This document shows, one piece after another, positions 63,535 to 64,000 of a stretch of 64,000 nt of DNA; positions within the stretch are counted from its first letter, which is position 1, and every line of letters begins with the position of its first letter. Origin of the DNA: Paraspadella gotoi (taxonomy: Eukaryota > Animalia > Chaetognatha); contig CM119267.1 of assembly GCA_051294375.1 (NCBI GenBank), forward strand, positions 24,172,111-24,236,110, written 5' to 3'. The notes below the pieces were generated by a model. It saw only the letters and a program-made list of their open reading frames with translations. It had not been told where the DNA came from and did not search any database. Made by a program: the position numbers and the translations under genes.

Positions 63535-64000
63535 CTGTTTAATAATAAAAATTATTTTATTTCGTTTCATCAAAGATTATCTGGAAATATTTAATTTTCA
63601 TTACTACTTCACCCACTCTGCTCTTTTCACACACTTCCTAATTCCACATTCCCCCTCCTCTCATATTCCCCCCTCCAAAATCTCCCTTTTCACACTTCCA
63701 CTTTTCCCTCTTTCCACACTCCCTCCCTCCCCACCCTTCTCACACTTCCTCCTTCCACGCGCCTCAACCCACACTTCCCCTCTTCACCTTGCTCCTTCCT
63801 CTTCGACACTACCGCCACCGTTCCCACACCTTCCCACCACCCTTCCATACTTCCTCCCTTCCACCCCTCAACCCACACTTCCCCCCCACACTTCCCCCTC
63901 TTCACCTTGCTCCTTCCTCTTCGACACTAACCGCACACCTTCCCACACCTTCCCCCGCCCTTCCCACACTTCCTCCCTTCCACCCTCAACCCACACTTCC

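Overview
Eukaryotic (metazoan invertebrate-like; taxon not determinable from this window) draft-assembly DNA: AT-rich, intron-dense, with abundant (AG)n and other microsatellites and six N-gaps between 46 and 60 kb. Most supplied ORFs are microsatellite or antisense artefacts; the real genes appear only after manual splicing. Reconstructed by hand: (1) a tandem array of six highly diverged paralogous minus-strand genes (A, B, C, F, D, E) encoding signal peptide + one LamG/pentraxin-like (ConA-fold) domain closed by a Cys pair + a hypervariable low-complexity stalk + a CxxxC motif directly before one TM helix + (in most copies) an Asn-rich/poly-Arg tail; (2) three plus-strand secreted F-type-lectin (FTP)-fold genes lacking the canonical fucose-binding residues, one nested antisense in an intron of gene C; (3) a secreted two-ShKT-domain gene; (4) a secreted prohormone-like precursor with dibasic sites and repeated Trp-anchored amphipathic segments; (5) tRNA-Gln(TTG); (6) Helentron/HINE-type elements, a 2.1-kb non-autonomous TIR element with an 8-bp TSD, Penelope-like fragments with a hammerhead motif, and a tRNA-like SINE. 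Several single-base frameshifts look more like assembly indels than pseudogenisation. All gene models and fold assignments are by-eye inferences with no database search.
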